Shown here piece after piece: positions 11,260-24,320 of a DNA stretch of 64,000 nucleotides. The DNA comes from Lophium mytilinum. Lineage: Eukaryota. Location: NCBI GenBank assembly GCA_010093605.1, contig MU004194.1, positions 378,156 to 442,155 on the forward strand. The letters are read 5' to 3'. The notes under the pieces were generated by a model. It made no database searches, was not told where the DNA came from, and saw only the letters and a program-made list of their open reading frames with translations. Position numbers and translations under genes: made by a program. Position 1 is the first letter of the stretch. The number at the start of each line of letters is the position of its first letter.

Positions 11260-12160
11260 TCACTGCGGCGTAAACCCCCCATCCACAATCATCGGCGAGC
11301 CGACCATAAAACTACTCGCCGGACTCGACAAAAACGCAATCGCATCCCCAATCTCCTCAGGCAGCGCCAACCGTCCCAACGGCACCTTCGCCAATTCCTG
11401 TGCCATAACCCCACTCTTATCACTCAGCACCTCCGCTGTACTACTCCCCACCAGCGGAGTCGCCACATACCCAGGGCAAATCGCATTAATCCTAATGCCA
11501 TGCGCAGCATACGTGACCGCATCTGCCTTCGTCAATCCCACACACGCGTGCTTACTCGTCACATACGCCGCGGACGGTACGTTCGCGTTCGCCGCAACGA
11601 TACCGTACATACTCGCCATATTCACAATCGTCCCGCGGTACTCTCGCGGGTTGGTGGGGCGTTCCTGGGTCATCATCTGCCGTAGCTGGGCGCGCTGGCA
11701 CAGCCACACGCCCTTGGTGTTGACGTCCATGACGCGCTGGAAGTCGTCGAGGGGGATGTCCTCGGTGAGGGCCATTTTGCCGCCGATGCCGGCATTGTTG
11801 ACGGCGTAGTCGATGCAGCCGAATTCTTTGACGGTGGCGGCTACGCTGTCGTTGACGGCGGCTTCTGAGGTCACGTCGAGCTCGATGGCTTTGATAGAGA
11901 GAGAGGAGTGTAGGGATTCGAGGGTTTTGATGGTTTCGGTGGGGGGGTTGCGGTCGAGGAGGGCGAAGGAGCGCACGCCTTGACGCGCGAAGGCGTAGGC
12001 GGTTGCTTGGCCGATTCCTGGGGATTGTTAGGAGGGAGAGGTGGATTGGGGGGTGTTGCAAGCTGTAGGACTGCTTTTGAAGCGTGATGCTCTGCTGGGA
12101 TATAAACTCACCCGACGCCGCACCGGTGATGTACGCGACTCCCTTCAAAGCAAAGGACAT
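11260..12160 (-). CDS. Classical short-chain dehydrogenase/reductase (SDR)
   Basis: TGAASG|IG Rossmann motif across intron 12111..12018; NNAGIG; NMAS; catalytic YVTSK; IRINAICPGYVATP; VDGGF. Confidence 0.93.
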
Positions 12161-12269
12161 GTTGAATTGAGCACGGCGTAACTGATACAGATAGGATCGA
12201 TAACCACAGATTTACGAGCAACTTGGAGAAGAACGCAATGCAGAAAATAAACAATGGCGGAAAGCTGAA

Positions 12270-12615
12270 GAGGGGGAGCGGGGAGCTCTGGGAAAATGGG
12301 CTACCCCATATCGGAGCACCTTACTCGCATAGCTCCATACCGAGCGTGGGGAGAGGTCTATCCTTGGGTAGACATTCGGGCAAAGGGGTCCGAACGACGC
12401 GTGCCTGGCTGTGCCACGGCGGGGAACGCGCAGGGTGGCTGCGTGACGATACTTTTTCCTGCAGCACGAGGCTCAACAAGGGACCTTCCCCAGATGGCGT
12501 GGTCGTCGAAAAGCCCGGGTTTCCGCGCCCCACCAATTTGCTCTCGCGTTTGTGGGGAAGCGTGCACGCGCTGGCGCCGAGGGTGGAGATGAGACGAGAG
12601 CCTGGCCCTCGGTTG
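12270..12615. promoter_or_regulatory. Upstream region of the SDR with CreA-type SYGGRG sites and an inverted pair of CCTCGG (FarA/FarB-type) sites
   Basis: GCGGGG 12278 and 12419; GTGGGG 12346 and 12552; GTGGAG 12583; CCGAGG 12577-12582; CCTCGG 12607-12612. Confidence 0.4.
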
Positions 12616-13168
12616 ACCTTTTCCAATCGCATCATGACTCGTAGTACTGTTATTAGGCGTTTTGAATGACTCGATACATTCACCGTAGCGTCATTGCACT
12701 ACAGTTTTGGGGGCCCACTGCATTCTGGAGGATGTGTCGGCAGTTCGTAGACAGTGGAATTTCGGTGTTGATTGTAAATCACTAATATTGGGATTTTGGA
12801 GAATAGATGACACTTTGATGAAGGAGAAGAACGTCGTTGCAGTAGGGATATACCATTAAACATGTTCAAAATAGACACACGGGCTGATTGGGAAGCTAGA
12901 GCAAAGCAAGACCAAGCGGTTCATCTTGAGAAGCCACATTTTGAAGGATAAGAGCTAAGTTCTCAACATTGCAGAGTAACAGCTTGATGCGTACCTAGGA
13001 CGTGTAGATTGAGACAGGTCTATTGATATCTCGTAGCCCAAATATATACATATAACGTAGCGTCATATTTGCAAGCATAGATCCAAGAAATGCGCCGCTA
13101 AATAACCACAACAAAAACCACCGCGTCCACAATATCGTAGCATGAACTCGTCACTCATTGAGTCCCTC

Positions 13169-15200
13169 TCAGATCTTCGGCTGGAAGAACTTCTCGTCTG
13201 CTTTATCCATACCACCAGCAAAGTTTACACCCACATTGGCTGCTACCGTGCCCGACTTGTTGAGGATTTGCAGCTTGCGTCCCCGGCTGAAAGGTTCGTC
13301 GTCATCCTTATCCCGGATGTAAAAGCCCCAGTCGGCCGTCGGGTCGAGCTCAGTCTGGCTGTACCCGTTGCCCAACCAGGCGAACCTGTTGCCGTTGTAC
13401 TTGGTCTCCCAGTCGTCGAGACGTAGCTCCATGAGCGCCTCGATGTAATGAAGTGTTGAGCCGGGCCATAGCGCCGTGATTGGGCCATCAGGTCGCTGTT
13501 TGTACCAGGAGCGGCAGGGGTCGTTCCACACGGTCGCGCTCATGAAGTCGTTCTTGTGCTTGATGAAATCATCGACGGCATCCTGACGCGGGGAGAATTG
13601 TGAGATGTTGTGAGTTTGGAAACGGTCGATGAGCTTCAGGAAGTAGTCCGCTTGACATTCTATAATACGATTAGTGTTTGACAAGAGAGAAATGATTGAC
13701 TTGGACATACCAATGGCGGAAAGAACGGGTCCATTTCCGATAGGGCAGTTGGGGCCCAAGAAAATGAGGTAGTTGGGGAAGTCAGGAGCAGCAACACCGA
13801 AGTATGACTGTGCCTCGTCCTTCCACACGTCCTGCAGATTGACGCCCTTGTGGTTGATGACCGGGAAGCGAGGCTTGAAAGAAGTGTTGAAGCCAGTGGC
13901 GCAGATGAGCACATCAAGAGGGTACTCATTGCCGTTGTCACTCACGCAACCCTTCTCCGAGATCTTGGTGATCTCACCATACACGACCTCCACATTCTCC
14001 TTGCCGAGCGACTCGAGATACCCCACGCCGGGAGTCAAACGACGGCACCCTACGTGCCAGTTGGGAACTAGGCGCTCCTCTAGGTAGTCATCGTGAAGCT
14101 TCTCCTTCATCTGCTCGCGGAAGTAGAGTTCAGTGTCATTGTTGGTTTGTGTGTTCTTCAAGAAGATGCCGAATTGGCCGTTAAGACCTCGCTCGATGCC
14201 CTTGCGGTACTCGAGGAGAGTCCCAGGCTTGGTAGCAAAGTCAAGACGCTCGGCGTCAGAGAAGACGTGCTGCTCAAGACCTTGAACGGGCGACACCCAG
14301 GTTGGCTCCCGAATGAAGGTAGTACATTTTGACACAATGGGCTGGATCTTGGGGAGGACTTGGATGCCGGAGGATCTAGAGATGTCAATGATGCTCTTAA
14401 AACATTGAAGCGTCGACGTTGGAGTTGTAAACTAACCCGTTTCCAATCAGACCAACGTGTCGATTGCTTAAATCGACCTTGTCGTCCCAGCTCGCGGTGT
14501 GCAGCAGGGTGCCCTTGAAGTCCTTCAGACCTGGGATGGCGGGCCATTGCCAATTGTTCAGGATACCAGACGCGTTAATGAGAATATCGCAGTGATCATC
14601 AACCTCGCGATTGGACTTCATGTCATGGACCTTGACATTGTAGCCGCCCTTCTTCTCGTTCCATTCCGAGCCGATAACCTGGTGCTCGGTCTGGATGTAC
14701 TTGTGCAGGGCATATTTGCGCGCAAAGTCGTTGAAGTACTTGTAGATCTCCTTACTGCTGGCATACACAGCAGACCAGTCGAGTTTCGGCTCGAAGGACC
14801 AAGTGTAGTTGTGCGAGGGTACATCACAGGCGCATCTGTGGCAGTCAGTTTTCGTTCTAGTGCATCTCGTCCCCACATATTGCGTGGTGCAGAATGTCGG
14901 ATGCCCCGACCCGATGGATGATGGGTGAGGAGAGGGGGCCGTGCGCCGGATAAGGAGAAACAAAACTTACCCCGGGTATCGGTTCTCGAACCACGTTCCA
15001 GACACCTCGGAGTTCTTCTCATACACCGTCAGGCTGAAGTTTGAGAAATGCCGCTGCAGCTTGTAGGCCATCAACAATCCAGAGGCACCGGCGCCAATGC
15101 AGATAATGCGGACATGTCGCTTTGCGTGGATGGGTCCCCGCAGCCGGGCCTGAGTATCGCTCTCAGGCTTGCTCGTCGACGGCACAACGAAATCAGCCAT
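13169..15200 (-). CDS. Type I Baeyer-Villiger flavin monooxygenase
   Basis: IGAGASG; GTWFENRYPG|CACDVPSH; fingerprint FKGTLLHTASWD; second Rossmann IGNG|SSG; GCRRLTPG; CATGF. Introns 14970..14836, about 14437..14376 and 13710..13660. TATATAAA near 15335-15328. Confidence 0.93.
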
Positions 15201-16479
15201 GGCTTCTAGGCGTCGAAGAGGAGGCGAGGGAATTCAAAGACGAGGAAGAGTAAGAGGCAGGAGAAGAGGGAGGGGATTGAGCAGCGCAGAGACTTCTTGC
15301 AGCGAGAACATGCTGTCCAGGCCTGGCTTTATATATCCAGAGCTCCCAGAATTCGGCAGCATCTCGCTCGAGCGAGTCATTCCGGGGACTGGAGCTTGTG
15401 GGGCAGCGGTCGTGCAGTCTGGGGAAAACATGAATCAGTATCCGAGTAATGCGGAGTGGACCTTAGTCGTGTGAGTAGTGCCGCATAGGCGTGGGCTAAG
15501 TATTTCCGCCGCCTCAACACCAAGGCCTGTCTGCATATGTCCAGATGTTGGTTGCTTTGCAATCGATCACATTACTCGAGCACTCACAGTCTTGCGGCCC
15601 CACAGTCTAGTTGAAGCAAAGTCTCCAGCACATCAATTAGGACGGCCCTCGACACTTCAAAGTCATGTCATTTCCGCGTATCCAATTTGACTGGACTAGA
15701 CATGGTTCGTTAGCGAGAGAATGCTGCTAAGCTCAAGACTGTACCATGAATAGCTTACTATTTCAAGGGCTATGCTAACAGGCTTGTTCCATCCTTTCCA
15801 TCTCACACCCTCCTCCTCGCTATTTTCATTTGTTTCATTTCAATTCGGTGCGGTTGAGTTACCATAATGCGCCTACACAGCTGTGTCAGTGCTCCTCTGT
15901 AGGAGGTGGAGAGGGTACTTATCTAGAAAGTACTACAAGTCCCATCAGCTGAGTTCCTGGTAGAGCATTATAGATCATATAAAGACGCGCGGATGCACAA
16001 GATCAAGCTGGAGATGTGAGTTTCTCAACTCTTGCAACTCTTTAGTCAGGGAGTAGCGATGAGGGCTACAGCAGGCAGGCACGTATTACCTCTTGTATAT
16101 AGCCTCACCTTCCTCCGGACCTCTTCTCTCCTACATCATCATCATCCAATACATCACGTACACGGCCTACAGGTCCTTGTTCCGTGATATCTTTAGTTGA
16201 TTCTCGGCATTTCCAGGGGTCTTATTTTCGAGGTATATATTTACTTGACCTTGACTGAGGCTCTGCATTCGTTACCTATTCGTGTTTTCCGTACAGCACT
16301 CCGTGTCTTTCACCGGGACGCAAAGGGCAAAGTTCACATAATCTCTTCTACCACCACCTCACCTCCACCCTCAAGTTCTCGCAGCAACCAGAACACGCTT
16401 TCCTTCGTCCTTCATTAATCCAGCCCTTCAATAAACCATCCCAAATCCCCCGCCCACAAGACACAACCAAACCCTCACC

Positions 16480-17043
16480 ATGGCCACCCGCCAGATTAAC
16501 CACCACACCCGCCAAACCACCCGCCAAACCCTCGAAACCATCACCGACCTCATCTCCACCAAACCAGGCAAAGGCGAGCAGCACGCCCGGCACTTCCAGG
16601 AAAGGTACCTCCAAAACCCCCGCCTCCGCTTCCCAATCACCTTCTACGAACGCACGATAATCTGGAACTCATTTCACGAAGCGCACGGCATCGCGCTAGA
16701 GGTTCTTAGTGAAAGAGGCGTCCCGATTGCAGAATGCGCTGCTCTTCATCTGGAACCAGCGCAGATCCCGCGTGACCCGACCAGCGCTTATGCTCGCCGC
16801 CGCAGAAGCTCTGATGATCACTATCATCGACGGTCCCGTGCTGGGGGTTGCGATGGCGGGGAGACAGAACGGGGGAGGTCTAGGAGGCCGCGGAGTCGGG
16901 TCCCGGCGCATAGGGCGAGCACTGAAGCTTCGGGGAAGGAAGAGGTGGGAGAGGTTGCTAGGGTGGATGAGGGCCAAGGACGGAGTGCTAAAGCGACTAC
17001 TAGCCTTACCTTCCGGTCTCAGGAAGCGGAGAAGAGGAGCTAA
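16480..17043 (+). CDS. Hypothetical Arg-rich orphan protein
   Basis: 187 aa ORF, strong CTCACCATGG context, C-ending codon bias in the 5' half, upstream TATATA (~16096) and CT-rich tract. No recognisable domain. Confidence 0.5.
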   Translation: MATRQINHHTRQTTRQTLETITDLISTKPGKGEQHARHFQERYLQNPRLRFPITFYERTIIWNSFHEAHGIALEVLSERGVPIAECAALHLEPAQIPRDPTSAYARRRRSSDDHYHRRSRAGGCDGGETERGRSRRPRSRVPAHRASTEASGKEEVGEVARVDEGQGRSAKATTSLTFRSQEAEKRS

Positions 17044-18166
17044 TGATAGGCTAAAACGGTTGAGATTTACGCAATCAGGATTGCCAGATTGGAGAAAAGG
17101 GGGCGAGTGAAGAAGGCGACTGTGGCCGGGAAGAAAATTTGGAGTTTATTGGAATGCTCACTGAGTAGCATCTTGCCATCTTCGGGATCGGGATTCCTCC
17201 TACAGTCGTTGAGAGACTTGATTGGGACTACAGTCAGACAGGCGTAAAATGGGGCCTATGTTACCATAGGCTTATCTCGACTTCATGAAATCACACCGCT
17301 GCTACAGAAAGATTAAGTTCAAAGGCATTTGAGTGATGCGCCCATTTCGATTGTGCTAGATTGCCTCCATGTTTGCAAACTTGCCTGGGATGATTGCCTA
17401 GCGGTTCTGGCATGCAAGAAAAGATGCAGTCTCATGATCGACCGGCTGGTGTGGCTGGCAAATACAGCGTACGACGAACATCTGTCTTCCTGCCAGCGTT
17501 GCAGCGTTGGTCTCGATGGATTCTCCTTCGACTAGCTATAATCTGTGTCATTGAAGTTACTGGCTCGATGCGTTGAATTGCCAATAAGGAGACAGACAGA
17601 AAGAAAGATCTGAATCAAACCCTTCAACTGTGACTGCGACGCATGAAACAGTCTACGCCCAACTCCAATGCGTCTATTCTCATAGATTAATCCACCTAGA
17701 GACACTCCCAGCTCACAAAAACAAACCTCTAAGCAAGCACACCGACTATCGAACCGAGGTCCTAGTAGGTGGTTGCCTAGAGCAGGGGCAGAACCAACGT
17801 GTGAACCCACCGAGCAAAAGGAAAGGATCCCAAAGGGACGCACTTCGGAAAGTATACCAATTGGTCATAATTTGTAGCTACTTTCCTGGGAGGTGTGGAT
17901 TTTACCCAGCCTATGTAGGCAACCAAGAACGAGGTAGAAAGCAGTTCTTCTATATTTAGATCATTTCGTTTCAACTAGTAAGTATTAAGCCTAGTATATT
18001 GTGTATGCTCTTTTGATACCCTTGTACATCATGCACGCTTTTCTAAGTGAAGCCAGTTCCCGACTTCATGAACGCCTGCTATTAAAATCGTTTTAAGAAC
18101 TTTGCAACCATCCCCGTGAGTCCCCATGAATATACATTAATCATTAAATCTCGTCAGTTCCGATCG

Positions 18167-20303
18167 TTAAATCTTGTCCTCTTCCTTTTCTCTCGTTGGT
18201 GTCCCGTCACTAGATAGATCGGCTGCTCCTCTGCTCTCCTCGTCCCTCCTCTTGTCTTGCTCAATATCCGGCGCAGGAGCAAACTTGCTCTTCATGCGAA
18301 TCTTCTTGCCATAGAGATAGAAGAGAATTGGCATTGGCACCAGCAGAAGAGCGACACATCCCAGCAAGGTGGATGCCCATTCGATGCCCATGCCGTCGAA
18401 CATGTAGGTAGCAAACAGCGGGAAAATACCACCGAAGAGAGATCTCATGAACGTGTTAGCTGCCAGAGCCGACGCAGCGAACATGAGATACGCGTCGACG
18501 ATGTAGTTGAGAAGCGAAAGGAAGATCGAAAATATTCCAAAGCCGGTGAATATCCCCGAGAGGACTGGTACGATCCAGTGGACCTTTCCAGTATACCCGC
18601 TCCATCCGAACCAGAATAAGCCACCAGCTGCAATTGTTAGCATCCGTTGGTCTGTGGTTTCGATGAATAAGTTCTACTTACAGAAGAGAAGACCGCCGGC
18701 CATAGAGATGGGAAGGCGCCATTCGGGGACCGGGATATTGTTATTGGCCGCCAGCTTCCGTGCGTATCGAGGGTTGTCTAGGACGACGTAGATGAAAGCA
18801 ATGATCTCGCCGGTGAGCATACCAAAGTACGCCAAGCCACTGACTCCAGACGTCCAGCCGTAGACGCCTTGAAACACAAGCGCGTAAGCAGTAAGGAAGA
18901 GATAAAGGATACCGTAGATAAAGGACATATACAGTGTTATCAGAAGTACGATAGGCTCTGTAAATAGAATCCGCATGGGCCTAGATACGTTCTTCACGAT
19001 AAGCTCTTTGAAGTCGACTTCAATTTCCTCTTGTTTGGCGTGGATTCCCCAGTTCTTAGTGCGGCGGCGAAGTTCCTCGGCCTTACTGATTAGAACAACA
19101 GGTGGATACGTTTCCGGAAGGAATACAGCAATCAGGCCGAAGGCTGTGAAACCCATGATTGCAGAGATGTATTCCGTCCACCTCCAGCCAAGGTAGGATT
19201 CCGTAATGAATCCACCGATGAATGGCGCAAGAAGAGGCCCCATGAAAACTGTGGCAGAGAAGACGGCTACAGCGAGACCTCGCAGCCTATTGTCAAACAT
19301 GTCTGCAAACACGGCAGCGACCACAGCTAGCGGACATGATCCGAATATACCGGCGAAGAACCGGCAGATTAGGACGGTTTGGAGATCCTTTCCCACCGCG
19401 ACTGCAATGGAAAAGATGGAGAATCCGAACGCAGCTATCACGAGTGGGAGTCGCCTGCCGTAAAGTTCCGACATTGGTGCCCAGCACTATGTTCAAATTA
19501 GTTCAAGTGGCCTTGCTGCTCGAGAGTATGAAAGAAGGCTTACAAGAGGTCCAAATGCGTACCCGAACACGAACAGTGAGGTTCCTAGGGTCCCGACTTC
19601 CATGATAACGCCGAAGTGCATCGATACCTGGCCAATACCGGGAGAAAATATACTGCTGCCCATAGTCGCAGCAAGGGCATCAAATGCTAGGATAGCGCCA
19701 ATGTAAAGCCTACGAAGTCTGTCAGCATGTATGTATTTAAAAATGTAGTCTTACATACTTTCGGGACATCTTCCAATTTTGTGCATGTAGAGGATCGTCC
19801 GGCCCATCGTACTCCACAACATACTCCTCCTGTTCTGGCAGCAAAGGGGGATACTGTTTGTCCGCGCCCATTTTGGGCATGGGCTTTTCTTTTCTCGATG
19901 TTAAGCGGCGGGTGATTGTCCGGCCGCCCTCTGTTAGTGTTTTCCCGACAGTGTGCTGCTGTTGACTGCGATGCGTCTCGATGCGTCGAATAGCCTCAGG
20001 ATCACGTTCCGTGGGATGCCGTGAAATGATACTCGCGGCAGTGGTGCCAGCAACACTCTGGGGCTGAGTACGTATCTGCTCCAATGTCTGGGACGCGCTG
20101 GAGGTGCTTGAAGTTGAGCTGGAGCTTGAGCTCCTAGTATCCACGGGCGCGAGAACCTCTTCAGGCTCCTGATGCTCACGTGCGGCCGCTTCACGCCGAG
20201 CTGCTGCTTCTTCACGAAACTGGCCATGGCTGTCCCATTGCGAATATCGGCGTGGTTCCGCATTCGCCTCGTCCCTCAATACGTTGTAGTCTTCTTGGTT
20301 CAT
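18167..20303 (-). CDS. MFS multidrug transporter, DHA1 family
   Basis: Long hydrophilic N-terminus ending VEYDGPDDPLHAQNW; SELYGRRLP; CRFFAGIFGSCPL; GPLLAPFIGGF; WRW; PETYPP; RPMRILFTEPI; PEWRL. Several short introns; ATG 20303. Confidence 0.93.
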
Positions 20304-21400
20304 GTTGGCGGTATGTTGACTGCTTGCCCGATCGCGAGTCCCTATAGGTATCACTCAGTCGAAGGAGCCGCAATTGCGCAGGAGAGATGTTGTTGGTCTT
20401 TAGAAAGGATGAATAGTTTGAAGGTGAGGTCATAAGCGGGCACTGGGCAGTCCAGAATTCAAATACAAAGAAAGGAACTGGGATCTGGACGCTAGAAAGC
20501 TAAGCAATGGCGGACGCCCGCCCAACTGGCCATGACGGCTGATCCACATAATCCTCGTCGCGCTTCAGTTCGTACGAAGTAACTGTAGACGGCTAGCGAT
20601 AGTGGCCGAGTACCGATCTAAGTCCGCCTATCTGCGTGCTGTACAATCCCGGAGTTTACGAACACACCGATATGAGCATCCAGAGGTCCTACGCATCCGG
20701 TTGTGAAAACGTAAACTGCGTCGAACTCTATGCTATGTCTGCTCTCATTTTTGAGCAGCAGCAACCGCTGGAAGGCGATGACATGATGATAGGAGGCGAT
20801 ACCTTAGAGCGACGGGTCGCTGGTGTCGTCTGAAGTTAGACGCGATGGCGATGCACGGTGACGTATTCGAAGGCTTAGCGGCCTTTACCAAGCACGGGCG
20901 TCGGCTCGGATCCGAACGCCTGGTTTACGTGAGCGCAGACTGCAGCCCTCTCTAGGAAGACTATAGCTAAAAATGGCCTCGGTCTCGCATCCTGATTAGT
21001 CTTCCGATAAGAGACCTTCACTTTAACTTCTGGGTTGCAAAGATGCGACGTACTATTTCATGATGCTTTGGAAGTATTTCACTTCTTCCCAAGGAAATGG
21101 TTGTACTGAATGTAACCTTTTGGTAGATGGAATGTGAGCTTGGCTTCACGTGTAGAATCTTCGACATGTCGAAAACGCCCTAAATTTCAAGACATGGAGG
21201 TTTGAGGCTTTTGCACTGTATCCATGAGTTCGACACGTGACCTACGATAGCCACTTCATTAAGCGCAGTGGATATCACCGACAGGCAGGACAATTACCTG
21301 TTCATGCATGTGATGATTGTGCATACATAATGGACCCTTTGGGACGCCTGTTTCCAAGCCTGCTCTATTGCTTAAATCCCCTGATCTCTTTATCAAATCC

Positions 21401-22249
21401 CTAAACCAACGCAACAGCGGCACCTCCGAGTAACACCGCCAAACAACCCTTCATTCCCACCCTCATGCTACCCGCGCCTCCTTCGAACGGCTGTAGTGTC
21501 GACTTTGAAATGCCTCCCGATCCAGTGGCAGTTGGCCCAACGCTCGCCGCAGCCGTCCCACTCGCTCCCGCCTCCTGCTTCCCCTCAACAACGAAGAAGT
21601 TCGCCGCCACAGGCTCTACTAGCCCCGCATCCTTCATAAACGCGTTGATATCGAACCCTATGCGTTTACTCACCGCAGCAGTTTGGCTAGCTGGGACAGC
21701 AAAGTTGTCGGGTTCCGCAAAGAGGAGTTGCACGTAGCGGTGGCCGAAGGCCGGAGTCTCCACAGGTGGCGAGGGTCCGATGTATGGAGCTAGTGCCTTG
21801 CCAGAGGAAGTGAGAATGGAGGTGCTCGAGGCGGCGCGTTTAGTGGAGGCTTTGAAGCCGGCTTCCATGGCGTGGAGGAGTGTTTGTCTGGGGCCGGTTC
21901 TGGAGGGGACGTCGAGGTCTGTTGGGGTTAGCAGACGATTGAGAGCTTGGGATGAGGAATTGTTGCGCATACCTAACATTACGAACATGAAGGTCTTTCC
22001 GGAAGATTCACCGCTTACGCCGATTGTGGGCTGGCTTTGGGTTGCTATGAGGGTATTAGCTCACGTAGGATATAACACTGTACGGCTCTACGAACTAGCT
22101 TTTGACAATTGCTTGCCCGCGGGGGATACGACTGTGGAGTTGAACATGACGGTGAGCTGATTAGAGACGGATGGAGTAAAGCCTGATGGTGTTTGCGCCC
22201 GCGAAACACTCAGCAAAGAGGCCAACAAGAATAGCACATAGAAGTACAT
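21401..22249 (-). CDS. Secreted, likely GPI-anchored PEBP (phosphatidylethanolamine-binding/Tfs1-like) protein
   Basis: Signal peptide MYFYVLFLLASLLSVSRA; ML|DLDVP; LLH; YIGPSPP; GHRYVQLLF; hydrophobic C-terminus. Introns 22095..22045 and 21972..21919. Confidence 0.85.
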
Positions 22250-22931
22250 GTTGAAAGCGCCAAAGAGATATGAAAGTACACTTGCTCTACCAGAGATACC
22301 CAAGTGTCGCTTCAGTCAAGCTGATGTATATAACCTCAACTGTGTGGTGACGACAACATCTCGAAACGGAAGTGGGCCATGTCACAGCATTGCAACACGC
22401 ATGGACGAGGCCATGAGGCAAATCAATGGCTTAGAGCCGCTAGGTGCTAAATCATTGGTCAGACAGCGTCCGAAACCTGAGACGTTAGAGGAGTCTTGGC
22501 GCGAGGCTTTTTAGAGGCTATGGGTAGTCTTGGGGAAGCGTCAATTGTGAGAGCTGCTGGCGGCAAAAGGTATGTGGGCCTTTTGACGGCAAGTTGTAGT
22601 GGACAGTGTCGGATGACAAGTGTCTGGACTTTAGCCGCGAATGGCCATGTTGCGGGTAGGTCAGAGGCATGAAACCGTAGAACTTGATGGAATAGGTTGA
22701 ACACATAGAGCCAAACCTTTCGAATGATTGGGTGACTTTGCAAAGGTCTAACAGTAGAGACGGAAGAGAGAGGCCTAGACTGCGGAATGAAGCTGCTGGA
22801 GCAGAACTCGTATATTATTGTACCCAGCCTATCGCACTGCAGGAGAACGAGAAGACGCATGTCGTCAATTCTCGATGATATATACATCAACTTGTGTACA
22901 GCTGCGACGGCACTGTTAGTAGCGAGGCGCT

Positions 22932-22968
22932 TTGATGATGAATATGATGCTGATGCTGATGATGATGA
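22932..22968. repeat. Imperfect (GAT/GCT)n trinucleotide microsatellite
   Basis: tgatgatgaatatgatgctgatgctgatgatgatgag in the PEBP/F-box intergenic region. Confidence 0.6.
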
Positions 22969-23161
22969 GAGATGAAAGAAAGTCCATTTAGTACATGGGA
23001 AAAGACAGCCCAAACCCATAAATCACGGGATCGCGTATGTTCCTAATCTTATCTCTGAAGCTATGGCCACCGCGCGACGCGGTTGCTAGTCATTCTTCGT
23101 TTCTACTCCCCTCCTCCGCTCCTCAACTCCTCCCGAACTCGCAATAGCAAACTCATCCATT

Positions 23162-24130
23162 ATGACTACAATTGGAGAAACACGTAGCCCTCACATACCG
23201 GAGGAAATCTGGCTCCACATCCTGTCCTGTTCGCGCGATCCTAATTTCCTCTGGTCTGTGTGCCGCAGAGTCTCCAGCTCCTTCCGTAGCCACGTCGATA
23301 GCATCTTTCGCGACAAATATATCAAAGAGAGCGATATTGTCTTCAACGACTCTATCCAGGAACGCTGCGTTCGATATTTTCGCGTGGAGACTACATTCGA
23401 CCGATTTTCCGAGGACAAAACACGGGTATACTTTAAGGACACAACGGAGGAGGAAGAAGAGGATGAGGAAGAGGAAGAGGATGATGAGGATGTTGCAAGG
23501 CACCCAATCAGGATTGAGAACAGACACGTTCCCCGAAAGTGGAAGGAAGCAATGCAATATTACACCGGCCCGCCTTTTGGATCTAGCAATCCCAAGGAAC
23601 TGGGCAGGGTAGACCAGCCTCCGTACATGATCCGAGTCCGGCGCGACTTGAACGATACGGAGATCCCAGGCCTTGAGATTGACTACGAGAAACGGGAAAT
23701 CTCGTTCGACTGGCGGGCAATGTTCTCGATGTTTTTTAGAGAGGAGGAATACGTGGACAACAAAATCAAGATTATGGCCCAGAAAGCTAGCGTTGACGCT
23801 TTGCACCTACAGGCATTGGTGGACTCTGGGGGCATGGATCTGATAGACGCTATGCAGCGCTTGGTGATGCGTGTGAAGACATCGGAAGACGATGCACGTC
23901 GTGATGCGAGGCGCAAACGATTGAACGATAAATATATTGCGCATGGACTGAGCGGTTACGATCCGGATGATTTTGCGGAGGAGGAAAAGGAGATACTGGA
24001 TCAGATGGCTGCCTCGCGACTCACTCTTGATCGAATTTTCATGAGTGACGACGAGGAGGACGGACAAGAAGGAGGCGACGAGGACAGCGAAAGCGACGAG
24101 TGGGAAGATATGGATGAAGACAATCAGTAA
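23162..24130 (+). CDS. F-box-like protein with acidic tracts
   Basis: PHIPEEIWLHILSC..LWSVCRRVSSSFR resembles the F-box LPxEI..I..L..VCR/K..F pattern; intronless 322 aa; poly-E/D runs. Confidence 0.7.
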   Translation: MTTIGETRSPHIPEEIWLHILSCSRDPNFLWSVCRRVSSSFRSHVDSIFRDKYIKESDIVFNDSIQERCVRYFRVETTFDRFSEDKTRVYFKDTTEEEEEDEEEEEDDEDVARHPIRIENRHVPRKWKEAMQYYTGPPFGSSNPKELGRVDQPPYMIRVRRDLNDTEIPGLEIDYEKREISFDWRAMFSMFFREEEYVDNKIKIMAQKASVDALHLQALVDSGGMDLIDAMQRLVMRVKTSEDDARRDARRKRLNDKYIAHGLSGYDPDDFAEEEKEILDQMAASRLTLDRIFMSDDEEDGQEGGDEDSESDEWEDMDEDNQ

Positions 24131-24320
24131 TTTCTTCCTCTCTACGATGCAATGTTTGCTACGTCAGCTTCGAGAATTAGTCACGTCGAGCCGTTACGTG
24201 GGCGGTACACCAGAAATATGAGTAGACTCACACGTGGGAATCATGTCACGAACTTCAACCACAAGTATGCACTTCAATAAAGAGCAAGGATTACGTCCAT
24301 ACAGGAGCCTCTCAACAGAT

